Shown here: positions 26,543-36,327 of the stretch, one piece after another
Layout of the letters: every line of letters begins with the position of its first letter
Position numbering within the stretch: the stretch's first letter is position 1
Assembly (NCBI GenBank): GCA_032161505.1
Contig: JAVKTG010000002.1
Direction: 5' to 3' (one strand)
DNA from: Candidatus Caldisaccharidevorator sinensis
Lineage (GTDB): Bacteria; Armatimonadota; Fervidibacteria; Fervidibacterales; Fervidibacteraceae
DNA: 64,000 nt
Notes under the pieces: model-generated
What the model saw: the letters and a program-made list of their open reading frames with translations, nothing else
The model's database searches: none
What the model was told of the DNA's origin: nothing
Made by a program: the position numbers and the translations under genes

Positions 26543-29500
26543 TTATTTCTGTAGGGTTCCAAAAAGAGCCAGCGCCCTTTGGCGGATTTGCAGCACCCGG
26601 TCGGGGTCGGGAAGCAACTGAGTGGACCGAAGACCTCCTGCGTTGGGGATATCGACCAGAGACCGAGCCGACTCTAAAACATCCTTCGCCCGTTCTGTCG
26701 CCATGCCGGAAAATCTTCCGTCTGTGACCCCTTCGTCTACTGCCTTCAGTATCCAATAGTCCTCAAGCCCCTCTCGCACCTGAATCAACCGGAGAGAAGG
26801 AAGGGGATCCGACGATCCGACCGGATCGCCAGGATAGACCAGATAGCCGTCCCCGTTAGGATACCGAATCCAGTAGAAATTCTTTCCCTCGTCGCTCTGC
26901 CTTATGTAAGAATGCCAGCCTCTCTCCCAAGGATTATAGGTCCACCAGGAAACACCCCAAAACTCATATCCGTTCACACCATATTTGAAACACAAGTACG
27001 GTAACAGGCGCTCAATGGCCAGGTAGGGGGTATCCAAACAGATCTGCCCATCGGTAGTAAACAATACCTCACCGCCCTCCTCTTGAATCTTCTTGATGTC
27101 ACTGGCAGGGCAGGAACCGTGGGGACCGACACCCCAAATGTCCAGACTCCCAAGCCAGTCGGGAACCAGATGCCAGGTGCTGGAGTAAATCCGAATTCCA
27201 GGCACCGCCTCCTTCGCCAGAGCACACAGCCGCTTCATTTGGTCTTTGATTGTCTCGTGCCAAAAGTGGGGCTCATCAGAAATGTAGTATACAAACTTAT
27301 CTCCCCAGCCGTTGCCTTGCACATGCTTGTAAAACACCCGGAGGGCTTCCTGATAGGCGCTGACGTATTCCTGACTGAAAGGTTGGCGACCAAAGATCGG
27401 CTGGGGTGTGTAAGCCCATCCAAAAGAGTAAAGAAAATCAGGCGTGTAAAGGACGCTGACCTTAAGGTCCTCTATCAAAAAACGTGCCATTTCGTCAAAA
27501 TCGCCGCTGTCTATTTGGATCCGCCCGTCCCGGAGATGAAAGGTCGGTTGGGGGAAGACGAAACCGGGAGAAATTCGGAATTGGGTCAGAAACCGGTACC
27601 ATTTCTTGAGCAAGTTTCTATCGGCGAGGAGGTGAGGGACGATGGAGCCCCGCAGATCAAAAGTGACCTTCAGGGGGCTCTCGTCAGGGAGGGTTAGCGA
27701 AACGACCTGAACCCTAAGGGGAATCTCAAGGAAATGGTCGTCGGCGTCGATTCGGAGTTTCCCGTTGTAGTATCCGGGTGGCGCATCAGCGGGCGTATAA
27801 AAAAGGATCAGAACCGCCTCGGTCCTGTTCGGGCTGACAGGGAACGGCGAAAAGGGGATCAAGGGGTCGGGCCAGTCGCCCGCCCAGCCGTCGCTGAAGC
27901 CAAAGCCTTTGGGACGGTGCCGGTAGCCTTCGGGCAATCGGGAAACGTAATAGGCGCTAGGCTGGTCAACGGGAACGGTCACGACCCGCCACAACTGAGG
28001 TGGCGGCAGTGAGTCCCCCCTTGCGCTCCGAAGGGCTGTTACGGAGATACGGACCGACTTGAGCGACTTGGCAGATCGGAGGGCGATCTGGAGGGGTTCC
28101 CACTCCCGTCGTGCCATTACCAGTGTCATTGATGATGGAGTGTTTTCCGGCGGTGCGTCCGGGAAGACTTTGATAAGAGAGTTGACGACCCATAAGGACA
28201 AAGGACCGAGACCGGGCTTTTTAGTCCCCAAAAGGTCCCGATCGCCGACGAAAGCGCGCACCACCTGGCCAAAAAACACACCGTCATAATGGAAAGTGCC
28301 AGGTGTGTTAGTGGTCAGGTGAAGTTCAGCGAAGCGGGCATCAGCCGGGCTCTCTACAAAGGTATGGGTTTGCACCCAACCTTGGGAACCGCTGACCGAT
28401 GGGCTGGTGTTGAAGAAGGGAGCATCACTGGTCAGGCGATGGTCGGCGTCGTGCCAGTGCCCGTGGAGTTGGACGGGACTGGGATTGTTCTCTGCCTTGA
28501 TGAAACCGCAATAGAAGTAGAGGCGCCGGGGCTGGACCGGGACCGAAGTCCGCCAGCCGACCCAATTTCCTTGCAAAGACGGGGAGACGGTCATCGCAAG
28601 GGACCTTTTTCCGAAGAGCCCTTCTGAGGGTAGAATCGTCAGACCCGATAAGGCGTCGGCTCGCCAAGCCGACGGCTGATCCCCCTTTTCACCTTCAAAA
28701 TGGAGATCGGGAGCCAAGTTGACAGGGCTGTGGATAAGAGCGATGTAATCCGCCAGACCCTCGCTGTTGCGGTACGGAGAGACCAAAAGGTCAAACCTCT
28801 TGACAGAAGAGGGGGGCAGGTTTGCTTCAAAGAGCATCGTCGCCCCGATCCGCCAGTGGGGGAGGATCTGGCGACCCGGCGGCGCCTCCGGATCAAGAAC
28901 GGCAAGACCGACGGGACCTTTAAGTCGCGAGAACCGCCACAAAACCTTTCTCAGGTCAGCAAAAACGAGGGTGTGGGACGGTTGGCTCGGGAAATGGTGG
29001 ACGATTAGGGGGAACCGTTCTTGCCATCCGGAGACGGCGCTTCGGGGAGGGGGCGACAGCCTTTCGGTCAGTAGGACCCGCTCGGTGCCGACGACGGTCA
29101 CCTTCAGGTGCAACGGGTCAGGGTCTATCGGGTCCAGGGAAACGTCGTCAAACCAAGCGGTGCCGGTTCCATAAAGGACGGTCCCGACGGTGGCGATGCG
29201 CCCACCCTGGGGGATCGTCAGGGTCCACTCTACCGGGCGCCAGTCGTAAGTACCCTCACCGGCATTGAGGACCCGATTGACCAGCCAGTCACCCTTTTCA
29301 CTAAAGACATGGATGAACCAGCCGGCGACGCCGGTGACTCCTTCCGCCCGGACCCACCCCCGGAACCGGTAGGTTCTCCCTTCAACGGCAGGGATTCCGG
29401 TCTGGTGAAACTTGACCCAAGTCGGCGGGGCGCCAGGGTCAACGACAGTCTTGACGGACCTTCTGCCCGACCGGGCGTGTTCCGTCACCCAGTAAAGGCG

Positions 29501-29983
29501 ATGCTGACTGTCTTCATCAACCCGTTCCCATCCGGCAGGGTCCCGGTCGCCGGCTTCAAAACCGCCGCTGATCAAGGAGGTCCGGGCGAATTCCGGCGGC
29601 GCCCAAGCGGAAGGATTGTCGGCGTAAAGATAGTAGCGCCGGTCCGTCCGGGATGGTATGGAAGTGAGGAACGACACCCGGTCGCCAACCTGAAGGAGCC
29701 CGGATCGTCGGGGGGCACCGTCGGGCGTTATCACATCGTACATCAATTCCTCGCCCCGGTCGGTAACGATGCGCAGAGCTTTGACCTCTCTCCCTGCCAG
29801 AGGAAGATCGGGACCGACGACGAGAGAGATCGGGTAGTGGGCGATAGGGTTGGGACCGACGTTCTCAACCCGGACGGTGATCAAAGTGCGCCAGTAGCCC
29901 CCTCCGGGGTAGGAGAGGCTGTGATCCCACCCCCAAGCCTGAGCGGAGAGGGCGAAGATGACCAACACTCTCAAGCCTTTCAT
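26543..29983 (-). CDS. Large secreted protein (1146 aa) with an N-terminal CBM4/9-like module and a C-terminal DUF4091-type (glycoside-hydrolase-associated) domain
   Basis: Signal peptide MKGLRVLVIFALSAQAWG. A CBM-like region ISGGFEAGDRDPAGWERV...GWVRAEGVTG. The C-terminal YYISDEP...WGVSWWTYNPWERGW matches the Trp-rich DUF4091 pattern. Plus-strand ORFs inside it (e.g. 29108..30031) are antisense artefacts. Confidence 0.7.
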   Translation of the reverse strand: MKGLRVLVIFALSAQAWGWDHSLSYPGGGYWRTLITVRVENVGPNPIAHYPISLVVGPDLPLAGREVKALRIVTDRGEELMYDVITPDGAPRRSGLLQVGDRVSFLTSIPSRTDRRYYLYADNPSAWAPPEFARTSLISGGFEAGDRDPAGWERVDEDSQHRLYWVTEHARSGRRSVKTVVDPGAPPTWVKFHQTGIPAVEGRTYRFRGWVRAEGVTGVAGWFIHVFSEKGDWLVNRVLNAGEGTYDWRPVEWTLTIPQGGRIATVGTVLYGTGTAWFDDVSLDPIDPDPLHLKVTVVGTERVLLTERLSPPPRSAVSGWQERFPLIVHHFPSQPSHTLVFADLRKVLWRFSRLKGPVGLAVLDPEAPPGRQILPHWRIGATMLFEANLPPSSVKRFDLLVSPYRNSEGLADYIALIHSPVNLAPDLHFEGEKGDQPSAWRADALSGLTILPSEGLFGKRSLAMTVSPSLQGNWVGWRTSVPVQPRRLYFYCGFIKAENNPSPVQLHGHWHDADHRLTSDAPFFNTSPSVSGSQGWVQTHTFVESPADARFAELHLTTNTPGTFHYDGVFFGQVVRAFVGDRDLLGTKKPGLGPLSLWVVNSLIKVFPDAPPENTPSSMTLVMARREWEPLQIALRSAKSLKSVRISVTALRSARGDSLPPPQLWRVVTVPVDQPSAYYVSRLPEGYRHRPKGFGFSDGWAGDWPDPLIPFSPFPVSPNRTEAVLILFYTPADAPPGYYNGKLRIDADDHFLEIPLRVQVVSLTLPDESPLKVTFDLRGSIVPHLLADRNLLKKWYRFLTQFRISPGFVFPQPTFHLRDGRIQIDSGDFDEMARFLIEDLKVSVLYTPDFLYSFGWAYTPQPIFGRQPFSQEYVSAYQEALRVFYKHVQGNGWGDKFVYYISDEPHFWHETIKDQMKRLCALAKEAVPGIRIYSSTWHLVPDWLGSLDIWGVGPHGSCPASDIKKIQEEGGEVLFTTDGQICLDTPYLAIERLLPYLCFKYGVNGYEFWGVSWWTYNPWERGWHSYIRQSDEGKNFYWIRYPNGDGYLVYPGDPVGSSDPLPSLRLIQVREGLEDYWILKAVDEGVTDGRFSGMATERAKDVLESARSLVDIPNAGGLRSTQLLPDPDRVLQIRQRALALFGTLQK

Positions 29984-30151
29984 ACCCCCGTCTCCTTTTC
30001 CGAAAGCATCGTCCTGCTCTGTGTGGAATAAAGGATGAGGGGGATCGGCTCGATATGTAAGGCGCTGGCATTCTCAGGGGTCCCCGACGAGACATAATCT
30101 ATGGAAGCAGGGATCGTGCACGCCCGGTCCTCCCGAAGGAGGTGATGGGCG

Positions 30152-31021
30152 GTGGCAGGCTTAGAGTGGTATAACCTGGTCTATGCCATTCCCTTCGTAG
30201 CAGGTCTCGTCTTCGTCGTTATCAGCCTCATCGGTCTGGCATCGGGGGATGGTGGGGAGGCGCAGGAAACGGAAACGGAGGGGGCCACAGGAGGGCACGA
30301 CACAGAGGCGCTTTCCGATGGGGACACAGGACACGACTACGGAGAAGATGTGACGGGATCCATCGGTCACGACACGGAAGGCGCCCACGACCAGATCGGT
30401 CACGAGGGGGCATCCGCCGAGCCTGAGGACGTTTACCACGGGTTGACCGATCAGTCCGGTGGCGGGGCACAGAGTGAAAAAATTTCCCCTTTTCCCGGCG
30501 GGAAAGTTGTAGGGCATGGAGGGAGACACGTCGTGGAGCATCACGGATCGGGATTCGGGACGGCTACCGTTTTAAACGTTCTGGGCGTCGGAAGGGCTCC
30601 GGTGACGATGCTGATGCAAAACTTTTTGATACTCTTCGGCGCCCTCGGCTGGCTGACCAATAGCATCCTTGCAGGGTTGCGCCTATCACCCGGGAACTTC
30701 CTTTGGCTTTCGGCGCCCGTTGCCGGTGTCGGTGCCCTTCTGATCACTCGGGCAACGGCGGATCTGTTTGCTCGCATCTTCGGCTACACGGGACCTCTCG
30801 CTCAGACCAAGCGTCAGTTGGTGGGGTTTATCGGAAGGGTCCTCTATGATGTGACAGAGGAATCGGGATGGGTGCTGGTTCGCGACCGTTTTGGAAATAG
30901 AAGGCAACTGGCGTGCCGGACGAGAAAAGGTCACCGGCTGATTCCCAGGGGAAAGGAAGTCATCCTTATTGACTACGATGAGGCGACAGGGCAATACGTG
31001 GTGATTGAGAGCAAGGTTTGA
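30152..31021 (+). CDS. NfeD-like membrane protein with a C-terminal OB-fold and an acidic His/Asp-rich insert
   Basis: GTG start with an AAGGAGGTGAT RBS. TM helices are present. A low-complexity insert carries repeated GHD motifs (GHDTEALSDGDTGHDYGEDVTGSIGHDTEGAHDQIGHEG). The C-terminus VLVRDRFGNRRQLACRTRKGHRLIPRGKEVILIDYDEATGQYVVIESKV is the NfeD beta-barrel pattern. The gene is adjacent to a flotillin gene, as in yuaF-floT type operons. Confidence 0.6.
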   Translation: MAGLEWYNLVYAIPFVAGLVFVVISLIGLASGDGGEAQETETEGATGGHDTEALSDGDTGHDYGEDVTGSIGHDTEGAHDQIGHEGASAEPEDVYHGLTDQSGGGAQSEKISPFPGGKVVGHGGRHVVEHHGSGFGTATVLNVLGVGRAPVTMLMQNFLILFGALGWLTNSILAGLRLSPGNFLWLSAPVAGVGALLITRATADLFARIFGYTGPLAQTKRQLVGFIGRVLYDVTEESGWVLVRDRFGNRRQLACRTRKGHRLIPRGKEVILIDYDEATGQYVVIESKV

Positions 31022-31052
31022 GAGCAGGGTTTGAGAGCAGGAGGGGACGATC

Positions 31053-32948
31053 ATGGTCGGATGGGCATTTCTTTTCTTGGTGTCAATGGTCGTCTGTTTT
31101 GGGGCGTCTCTCATGCCCTCTGTTCCCCTTGTTTACCGACCTTTCCTCGTCGGTAGCGGCATCGCCTTTCTCATTGCCTTTTCCTTCTGCATTTATGCCC
31201 GTCTGTATGTCAAGCCATCGGCCAATAGAGCGTATGTGCGAACGGGTCTGGGGGGCGTGAAGGTCCTTCTGGACAGCGGCGGGCTGGTCTTCCCCGTGGT
31301 CCATCAGCTGGTGCCCGTCTCCTTAGAGACGATGAAATTGGAGGTGGAAAGGAAGGGCTATGATGCCCTGATCACTAAAGACAATTTGCGGGTGGACGTG
31401 ACGGCAGAGTTCTACATCAAGGTCCAGCCCGATCCCGATGACGTGATAGCGGCTGCCCGGTCGCTGGGTGGCAAAGGTGTGGATTCGGCTCAGGTTCAAG
31501 AGTTTGTATTTGAGAAACTAGTTTCGGCTCTCCGGTCGGTGGCGGCGACGAAGGATTTGATTGATATCCACGCCAATAGAAGGGATTTCGCTCAGGCGGT
31601 CCTGGACATTGTTAAGGACGACCTTAGCCACAACGGGCTGACCCTTGAAACGGTCACCATTTCGCGCCTGGATCAAACGGACCCCAAACTCCTCTCGGAC
31701 GACAATGTCTTTGATGCTCAGGGTAAGAGGAAGATTACAGAAATCACCCAAGCCCAACTGGTGGAAAGAAACCGGATCCAAAGGGATGCGGATCGGGAGA
31801 TCGTTCAAAAGAATGTGGAAACAAGAAAGCAGGTATTAGAACTGGAGCGGGCGCAGGCGGAGGCGGAAGCGACTCAGGCTGCGGAAATCGCCAAGATTCG
31901 CGCTGCGAAACTGAGGGAGCAGCAAGAGTTTGAAATCGCCCAGCAGTTGGCAATCCAGCAGGCGCAAATCAGTCAGGCGCAGGCGATAAGGGAAGCGGAA
32001 ATTGCCCGCGAGATCGCCATCATCCAGAAGGAACTGGAGAAAGAGAGGCAAGAGATCGCCCGCCGGCAGGCGATTCAGGTGGCGGACCGGCAGAGGGAGA
32101 TAGCCATTGCCGACCAGGAGGCGCGGAGAGCCGAGGCGGAACGGGCAGCATTAGAGGCGCAAGCCCAAAGGGAACGAGCGAATCAGCAAATCATAACCGT
32201 CCAGCAGTTGGCAGCTGCCGATCGGGAGGCGCAGACCAAACTGATCGCCGCTAAACAGGTCATTGAGCAAGACCGGATCAAGAAACAGACAGAAGCGGAA
32301 GTTTCCGCGTTTGCTGAGGTGAAGAGGGCAGAGGCAGAAAGAGAAGCAGCGGAATTGAGGGCGCAAGCCAGACTGCGATTGGCGGAAGCGGAAGCCCAAG
32401 CCAGGAAGATAGCAGCGGAAGGCGAAATGGCTCTCAAGATGGTGGACGTCAATGTGGACAAGGAGCGCGTCAATGTTGAGAGAGCGAGAGTGGATGTCGA
32501 GCGACAGGAACTGGAGAACAAGCAGACCTACAGTCAGGCGGCGCTGGAATTTGAGTTGCAAAAACTGCGCATTGAAGCCAGTCGCGAAGTCCAGGAAGCG
32601 CTAGCCCGGTCCATTGGTGAGTTTATGAAGAATGGGCAGTTTGCCATTTACGGCGATCCGACGACGATGGCGAGAATGACCGAGCTGTTCGTCAGGGGGT
32701 TGGGCATCGGGCGGATTATGGACGGGCTTCTGGCAGGGACCCCGGCGCCTGTCAGAGAGGCTATCGGAAAGGCTTCGGGCAATCTGGGCGAACTGCTCAG
32801 GGACCTTATTGAAAAGTTGACCGGACGCCCGGTCCAGCAAGAGGAGGTCGAGCGCCTCTTAGAGCCGTCTGGTCGGACAAATCCGGACGAATCTCATGAC
32901 ATCTCAGAAAGGACTACGGACGACACGGAAGCCAAGGGCGTCGGGTAG
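31053..32948 (+). CDS. SPFH/band-7 flotillin-like protein (FloT/YqiK type) with a very long Glu/Ala/Gln-rich coiled coil
   Basis: N-terminal TM, then an SPFH core (VRTGLGGVKVLLDSGGLVFPVVHQLVPVSLETMKLEV...ITKDNLRVDVTAEFYIKV). About 300 aa of REAEIAREIA / EAEAQA-type heptads follow. Antisense ORFs 32151..32561 and 32183..32521 are low-complexity artefacts. Confidence 0.8.
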   Translation: MVGWAFLFLVSMVVCFGASLMPSVPLVYRPFLVGSGIAFLIAFSFCIYARLYVKPSANRAYVRTGLGGVKVLLDSGGLVFPVVHQLVPVSLETMKLEVERKGYDALITKDNLRVDVTAEFYIKVQPDPDDVIAAARSLGGKGVDSAQVQEFVFEKLVSALRSVAATKDLIDIHANRRDFAQAVLDIVKDDLSHNGLTLETVTISRLDQTDPKLLSDDNVFDAQGKRKITEITQAQLVERNRIQRDADREIVQKNVETRKQVLELERAQAEAEATQAAEIAKIRAAKLREQQEFEIAQQLAIQQAQISQAQAIREAEIAREIAIIQKELEKERQEIARRQAIQVADRQREIAIADQEARRAEAERAALEAQAQRERANQQIITVQQLAAADREAQTKLIAAKQVIEQDRIKKQTEAEVSAFAEVKRAEAEREAAELRAQARLRLAEAEAQARKIAAEGEMALKMVDVNVDKERVNVERARVDVERQELENKQTYSQAALEFELQKLRIEASREVQEALARSIGEFMKNGQFAIYGDPTTMARMTELFVRGLGIGRIMDGLLAGTPAPVREAIGKASGNLGELLRDLIEKLTGRPVQQEEVERLLEPSGRTNPDESHDISERTTDDTEAKGVG

Positions 32949-33225
32949 CGAAAAGATAAGTCGGGAACGGAAGACCCCACCGCGCACCCACCGTTGACGC
33001 TCCCGTCCGGTCGGAACCTGTCAGAACGACTCCGGCCGGGCACCCCTGCGGCGCCTGGCAGGGAGGGCGAACCGTTGCTCCCTTCCGGGCCTGGCGGGTT
33101 GACCCTGTGCCACCGCGCAGGACCCGACCTTCTTCACCGCCCCAACAAGCCCGTCACCGAACGAAACCGCCGCAAGCAGGAATTCAGCCCCGCTATCGCC
33201 GGTTGCGGGTACAGGGCACGGCGAG

Positions 33226-33260
33226 CTCCCCGCTTAGCGCGGTGGGGATTTTCCTTCTCT
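33226..33260 (+). terminator. Candidate intrinsic terminator about 280 nt downstream of the flotillin stop
   Basis: CCCCGC-TTAG-CGCGGTGGGG hairpin followed by ATTTTCCTTCTCTT. It is oriented for plus-strand transcripts. Confidence 0.4.
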
Positions 33261-33268
33261 TGTGAAAC

Positions 33269-34402
33269 TTATCCCTCCCCATCAATCAGCCGTTCCAAAA
33301 TTATTTTGCATTGAATCAACTGGTCTACGGAGACCCACTCGTCTGCCTTGTGAGCGTTTTCAATGCTCCCCGGACCAAATACCGCAGACGGGATGCCCGC
33401 CCGGACCAGTTCACCGGCATCGGTCGCGTAGGGAACTCCTATCACCCTCGGTTCCCGACCCACTACGGTCATCGCCACTGTCAATCGTTCCACAGGGGGG
33501 CTATCCGGCGCCACTTCCATTCCCCCGTTAACGAGAATGGGGTCGTCCAGTTCCCCTTCCGCCTCCAGAAACTCCGGCTGGTTCATCAGAAAGCGCCGGA
33601 GTTCGTCCCACGCCTGCAACGGATCCTCGCCCGGAAGGGTCCTGCGGTCCAAACCGACCTCGCAGAAGTCGGGAACTAAATTGAGACCGCGCCCGCCCTT
33701 AATTGAACTGACCGTCAATGTGGCACTACCGACCAGGGCATGGCTTTTCATCCGCAGTGCCGAGGCGTATCTGTCTAAGGCGAGGAGCAGCCTGGCCATT
33801 CGGGTGATGGCATTGACCCCTTGGTCCGGTTGAGAAGTGTGGGCGCTGACCCCTCTGGTCCTCAAGAAACCTCGGACCACTCCTTTGTGGGCAATCACCA
33901 CCGACAGGGCTGTCGGTTCACCGACGATAGCGTAGTCCGCCCCAATCCCCGACGCCACCAACTGTTGGACCCCGGTAAAGCCGTTTTCCTCGTCTACAAC
34001 GGCGGCTAAAAGGACATCCGGTCCGTTTCTTTTTTTGGCATCGGCTACTGCCTGAATCATAGCGGCGAGGCTGCCTTTTGCGTCACAAGATCCTCTCCCG
34101 AAGAGACGATCATCGCTGATGGCCGGATCAAAAGGATCGATGCTCATACCCTCCGCCGTGACGGTGTCCATGTGTCCTTCCAAAAGGAGACGCTCCTTCC
34201 CCTTCCCGGTCCTCCAGATCAGGACATTGGACCGACCGTCGCTGACCGGTTGGACTTCTACATCCAGCCCTTTTTTCCTCGCATAGGATGCGATGAAGTC
34301 CGCGATCTCTTTTTCGCCGTTGCCGTCGGGAAAGCAGGGATTGACGCTCTTGATGGCGATCAGATCTCTGGCAAGGCGGACGACATCGTCCATCCAAGAC
34401 AC
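33269..34402 (-). CDS. M20 family metallopeptidase (ArgE/DapE-type acetylornithine deacetylase / succinyl-diaminopimelate desuccinylase)
   Basis: IAIKSVNP, LLLEGHMDTV and GRGSCDAKG are M20 metal-ligand motifs. About 377 aa. Confidence 0.8.
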   Translation of the reverse strand: MSWMDDVVRLARDLIAIKSVNPCFPDGNGEKEIADFIASYARKKGLDVEVQPVSDGRSNVLIWRTGKGKERLLLEGHMDTVTAEGMSIDPFDPAISDDRLFGRGSCDAKGSLAAMIQAVADAKKRNGPDVLLAAVVDEENGFTGVQQLVASGIGADYAIVGEPTALSVVIAHKGVVRGFLRTRGVSAHTSQPDQGVNAITRMARLLLALDRYASALRMKSHALVGSATLTVSSIKGGRGLNLVPDFCEVGLDRRTLPGEDPLQAWDELRRFLMNQPEFLEAEGELDDPILVNGGMEVAPDSPPVERLTVAMTVVGREPRVIGVPYATDAGELVRAGIPSAVFGPGSIENAHKADEWVSVDQLIQCKIILERLIDGEG

Positions 34403-34403
34403 C

Positions 34404-34811
34404 TCATCGGGTTGCGATGCATTCTACTTCTACCTGAAATTGCCCGGGCGGCTGCGCCTGAATCGTCGTCCGAGCCGGATAGGGTTCTTTAAAAAACTCC
34501 TTGTAAATCTCGTTCATCTTTGGGAAGTTCGCAATATCTGCCAGAAAAAGGGTGACTTTGACGACCTTGTCCAGACTGCTTCCTGCCGCTTCCAAGATCG
34601 CCTGGACATTTCTCAGAGCCAGTCGGAACTCCTCCTCAAAGGTCCCGTGAAACGGATCGCCCGTTTGCGGATCAATGGCGACTTGACCAGCAACGAAGAT
34701 CAAGCCATCAGCGATAATGCCTTGTGAGTAAGGTGCCTTTGGAATCGGTGCCTTGTCCGTGTAGACCACCTGCTTCACTCGTCCTCTACCCCCTCTCGTG
34801 AGGTCTCGCAC
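34404..34811 (-). CDS. RidA family (YjgF/TdcF) reactive-intermediate deaminase
   Basis: 135 aa; APIPKAPYSQGIIADGLIFVAGQ..DPQTGD plus a conserved C-terminal region. Confidence 0.8.
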   Translation of the reverse strand: MRDLTRGGRGRVKQVVYTDKAPIPKAPYSQGIIADGLIFVAGQVAIDPQTGDPFHGTFEEEFRLALRNVQAILEAAGSSLDKVVKVTLFLADIANFPKMNEIYKEFFKEPYPARTTIQAQPPGQFQVEVECIATR

Positions 34812-34859
34812 TCTTTTGTGTCATAGGTTAACACATGCCTATATCATTATTGAGGAACC

Positions 34860-35663
34860 GTGAGACCCGTCTGGAAAGTCTTGACGCCTGAGAATATCGT
34901 TCTCAACTTAACGATCGCTGCCCCCTTAGAGCGAGCCGTTGCGTGCCTTGTGGACTCTCTCCTGATTACAGCCGGGAATCTGGTCGCCGCTTTCTTCCTC
35001 GGGGCCGTGACCTCGGTCGGTCCCATAATTGGTTTTTTCCCTTCGTCTTTGAGGGACGAGGAGTTGGTAGTCCGTGTCGGCATCCTGTTCTTTTACCTGT
35101 TTCCCGTCTCTTTTCTCTCTTACTACATCTTGCTGGAGGGTTTCTGGTCGGGTCAGACCATCGGCAAGAGAGTTTTTCGTCTGCGGGTTTTGACGACGGA
35201 AGGCACTCCCCCTGACTTAACAGGCGCCGCCATCCGCAACATCCTCCGCATCGTTGACTATTTCCCCGGAACCTGCGGAGTCGGTTTCGTTACGATGCTC
35301 ATAAGCCCCTATTTCCGTCGCCTCGGCGATTACGCCGCCGGAACGATTGTGGTCAGGGAAGGCTTTCTCCCTCCGCCGCCCCCTCCTCCGTTGCGATCGC
35401 TTCCGTTTACCAAGGGAACCTTTCTGGATCCGTTAGCCTTGTCCAATCTGGCCCGACTTTCCGATAAACAGATTCTGGCTCTCCGCTACTTCCTGCTGAG
35501 GGCTCCTTACGCTCCCGAGCCGACCCGATCCCGGGTCGCTCGCGATCTGGCGGCAAAAGTCGCCCGGCTTTTGTGGGACGGCACCGAAAGGGATCTGACC
35601 GACCCTTTCGTTTTTATTCAGGAAGTCGTCGCCGCTTACGATCAGAAGTCAGCCAGAGGATAG
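34860..35663 (+). CDS. RDD family membrane protein
   Basis: Three TM segments with a conserved YYILLEGFWSGQTIGKRVFRLRV motif; it is the only convincing ORF in this interval. Confidence 0.55.
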   Translation: MRPVWKVLTPENIVLNLTIAAPLERAVACLVDSLLITAGNLVAAFFLGAVTSVGPIIGFFPSSLRDEELVVRVGILFFYLFPVSFLSYYILLEGFWSGQTIGKRVFRLRVLTTEGTPPDLTGAAIRNILRIVDYFPGTCGVGFVTMLISPYFRRLGDYAAGTIVVREGFLPPPPPPPLRSLPFTKGTFLDPLALSNLARLSDKQILALRYFLLRAPYAPEPTRSRVARDLAAKVARLLWDGTERDLTDPFVFIQEVVAAYDQKSARG

Positions 35664-35679
35664 TATCGGAAAGGTTGGC

Positions 35680-36246
35680 TCACCGCTTTGCCGCATATCG
35701 CTTGACCAAGTCTTGGACCGACCGAAAGTGTTGGTGGTCCGCTCCTCGGATCATCTCATAGACAGCCATTTCAGAGGTAACGATGTGCGCCCCGGATGCT
35801 GCCAGGCGGAAAAGGGAGACCTCCGTGTCAGGCTCAAATCGGGAGGAAACCGCATCTCTAGCGAGAAAGACCTCCCACCCCATCTTTAAAGCATCCAGAC
35901 CCGCCTGGGTCACGCACACATGGGCTTCGATGCCGCATAAGAGAATCTGATGCCTTCCCAGGGAAGCCAGGGAACGGCGGAATTCATTACCGGCGAAGGG
36001 ACTGAAGGAAGCTTTGACCAGAGGTCTGTAGGCGTCCCCGAGAGCCTGTCGGATCTGTTCTACTGTGGGACCCAGTTTCTCGGGACTTTGCTCCGTCACA
36101 AGGATCGGAACGCTTAGGACTCGGCAGGCGGAGATGAGAAAGGTAATCCGGTCAAGGAGACCGTCGGGTCGCTGGACGACGGGCAAAAGTCGCTCTTGAA
36201 TGTCGACGACCAGAAGGACCGCCCTCTTCTCATCCAATCGCGCCAT
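35680..36246 (-). CDS. Isochorismatase-family cysteine hydrolase
   Basis: VLLVVDIQERL...ILVTEQ...ILLCGIEAHVCVTQ matches the isochorismatase-like D/K/C triad layout. Confidence 0.75.
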   Translation of the reverse strand: MARLDEKRAVLLVVDIQERLLPVVQRPDGLLDRITFLISACRVLSVPILVTEQSPEKLGPTVEQIRQALGDAYRPLVKASFSPFAGNEFRRSLASLGRHQILLCGIEAHVCVTQAGLDALKMGWEVFLARDAVSSRFEPDTEVSLFRLAASGAHIVTSEMAVYEMIRGADHQHFRSVQDLVKRYAAKR

Positions 36247-36327
36247 TCCCTTTCACCGGAAGAATGATGACGAAGAGTTTGAAAAAGTGGAAAAGACCCG
36301 TCAAAACATAACGGACCGGTCGCTACA

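Noticed and set aside
31017-31042. 13-nt tandem direct repeat GTTTGAGAGCAGG x2 at the NfeD/flotillin junction
   Set aside because: It is too short and isolated to be a CRISPR or an IS end. It is probably a small slippage duplication spanning the NfeD stop and the flotillin RBS.
32151-32561. Overlapping minus-strand ORFs within the flotillin coiled-coil region
   Set aside because: They are an artefact of the repetitive GAG/GCG/CAG codon usage of the Glu/Ala/Gln-rich heptads, and they are antisense to a well-supported gene.
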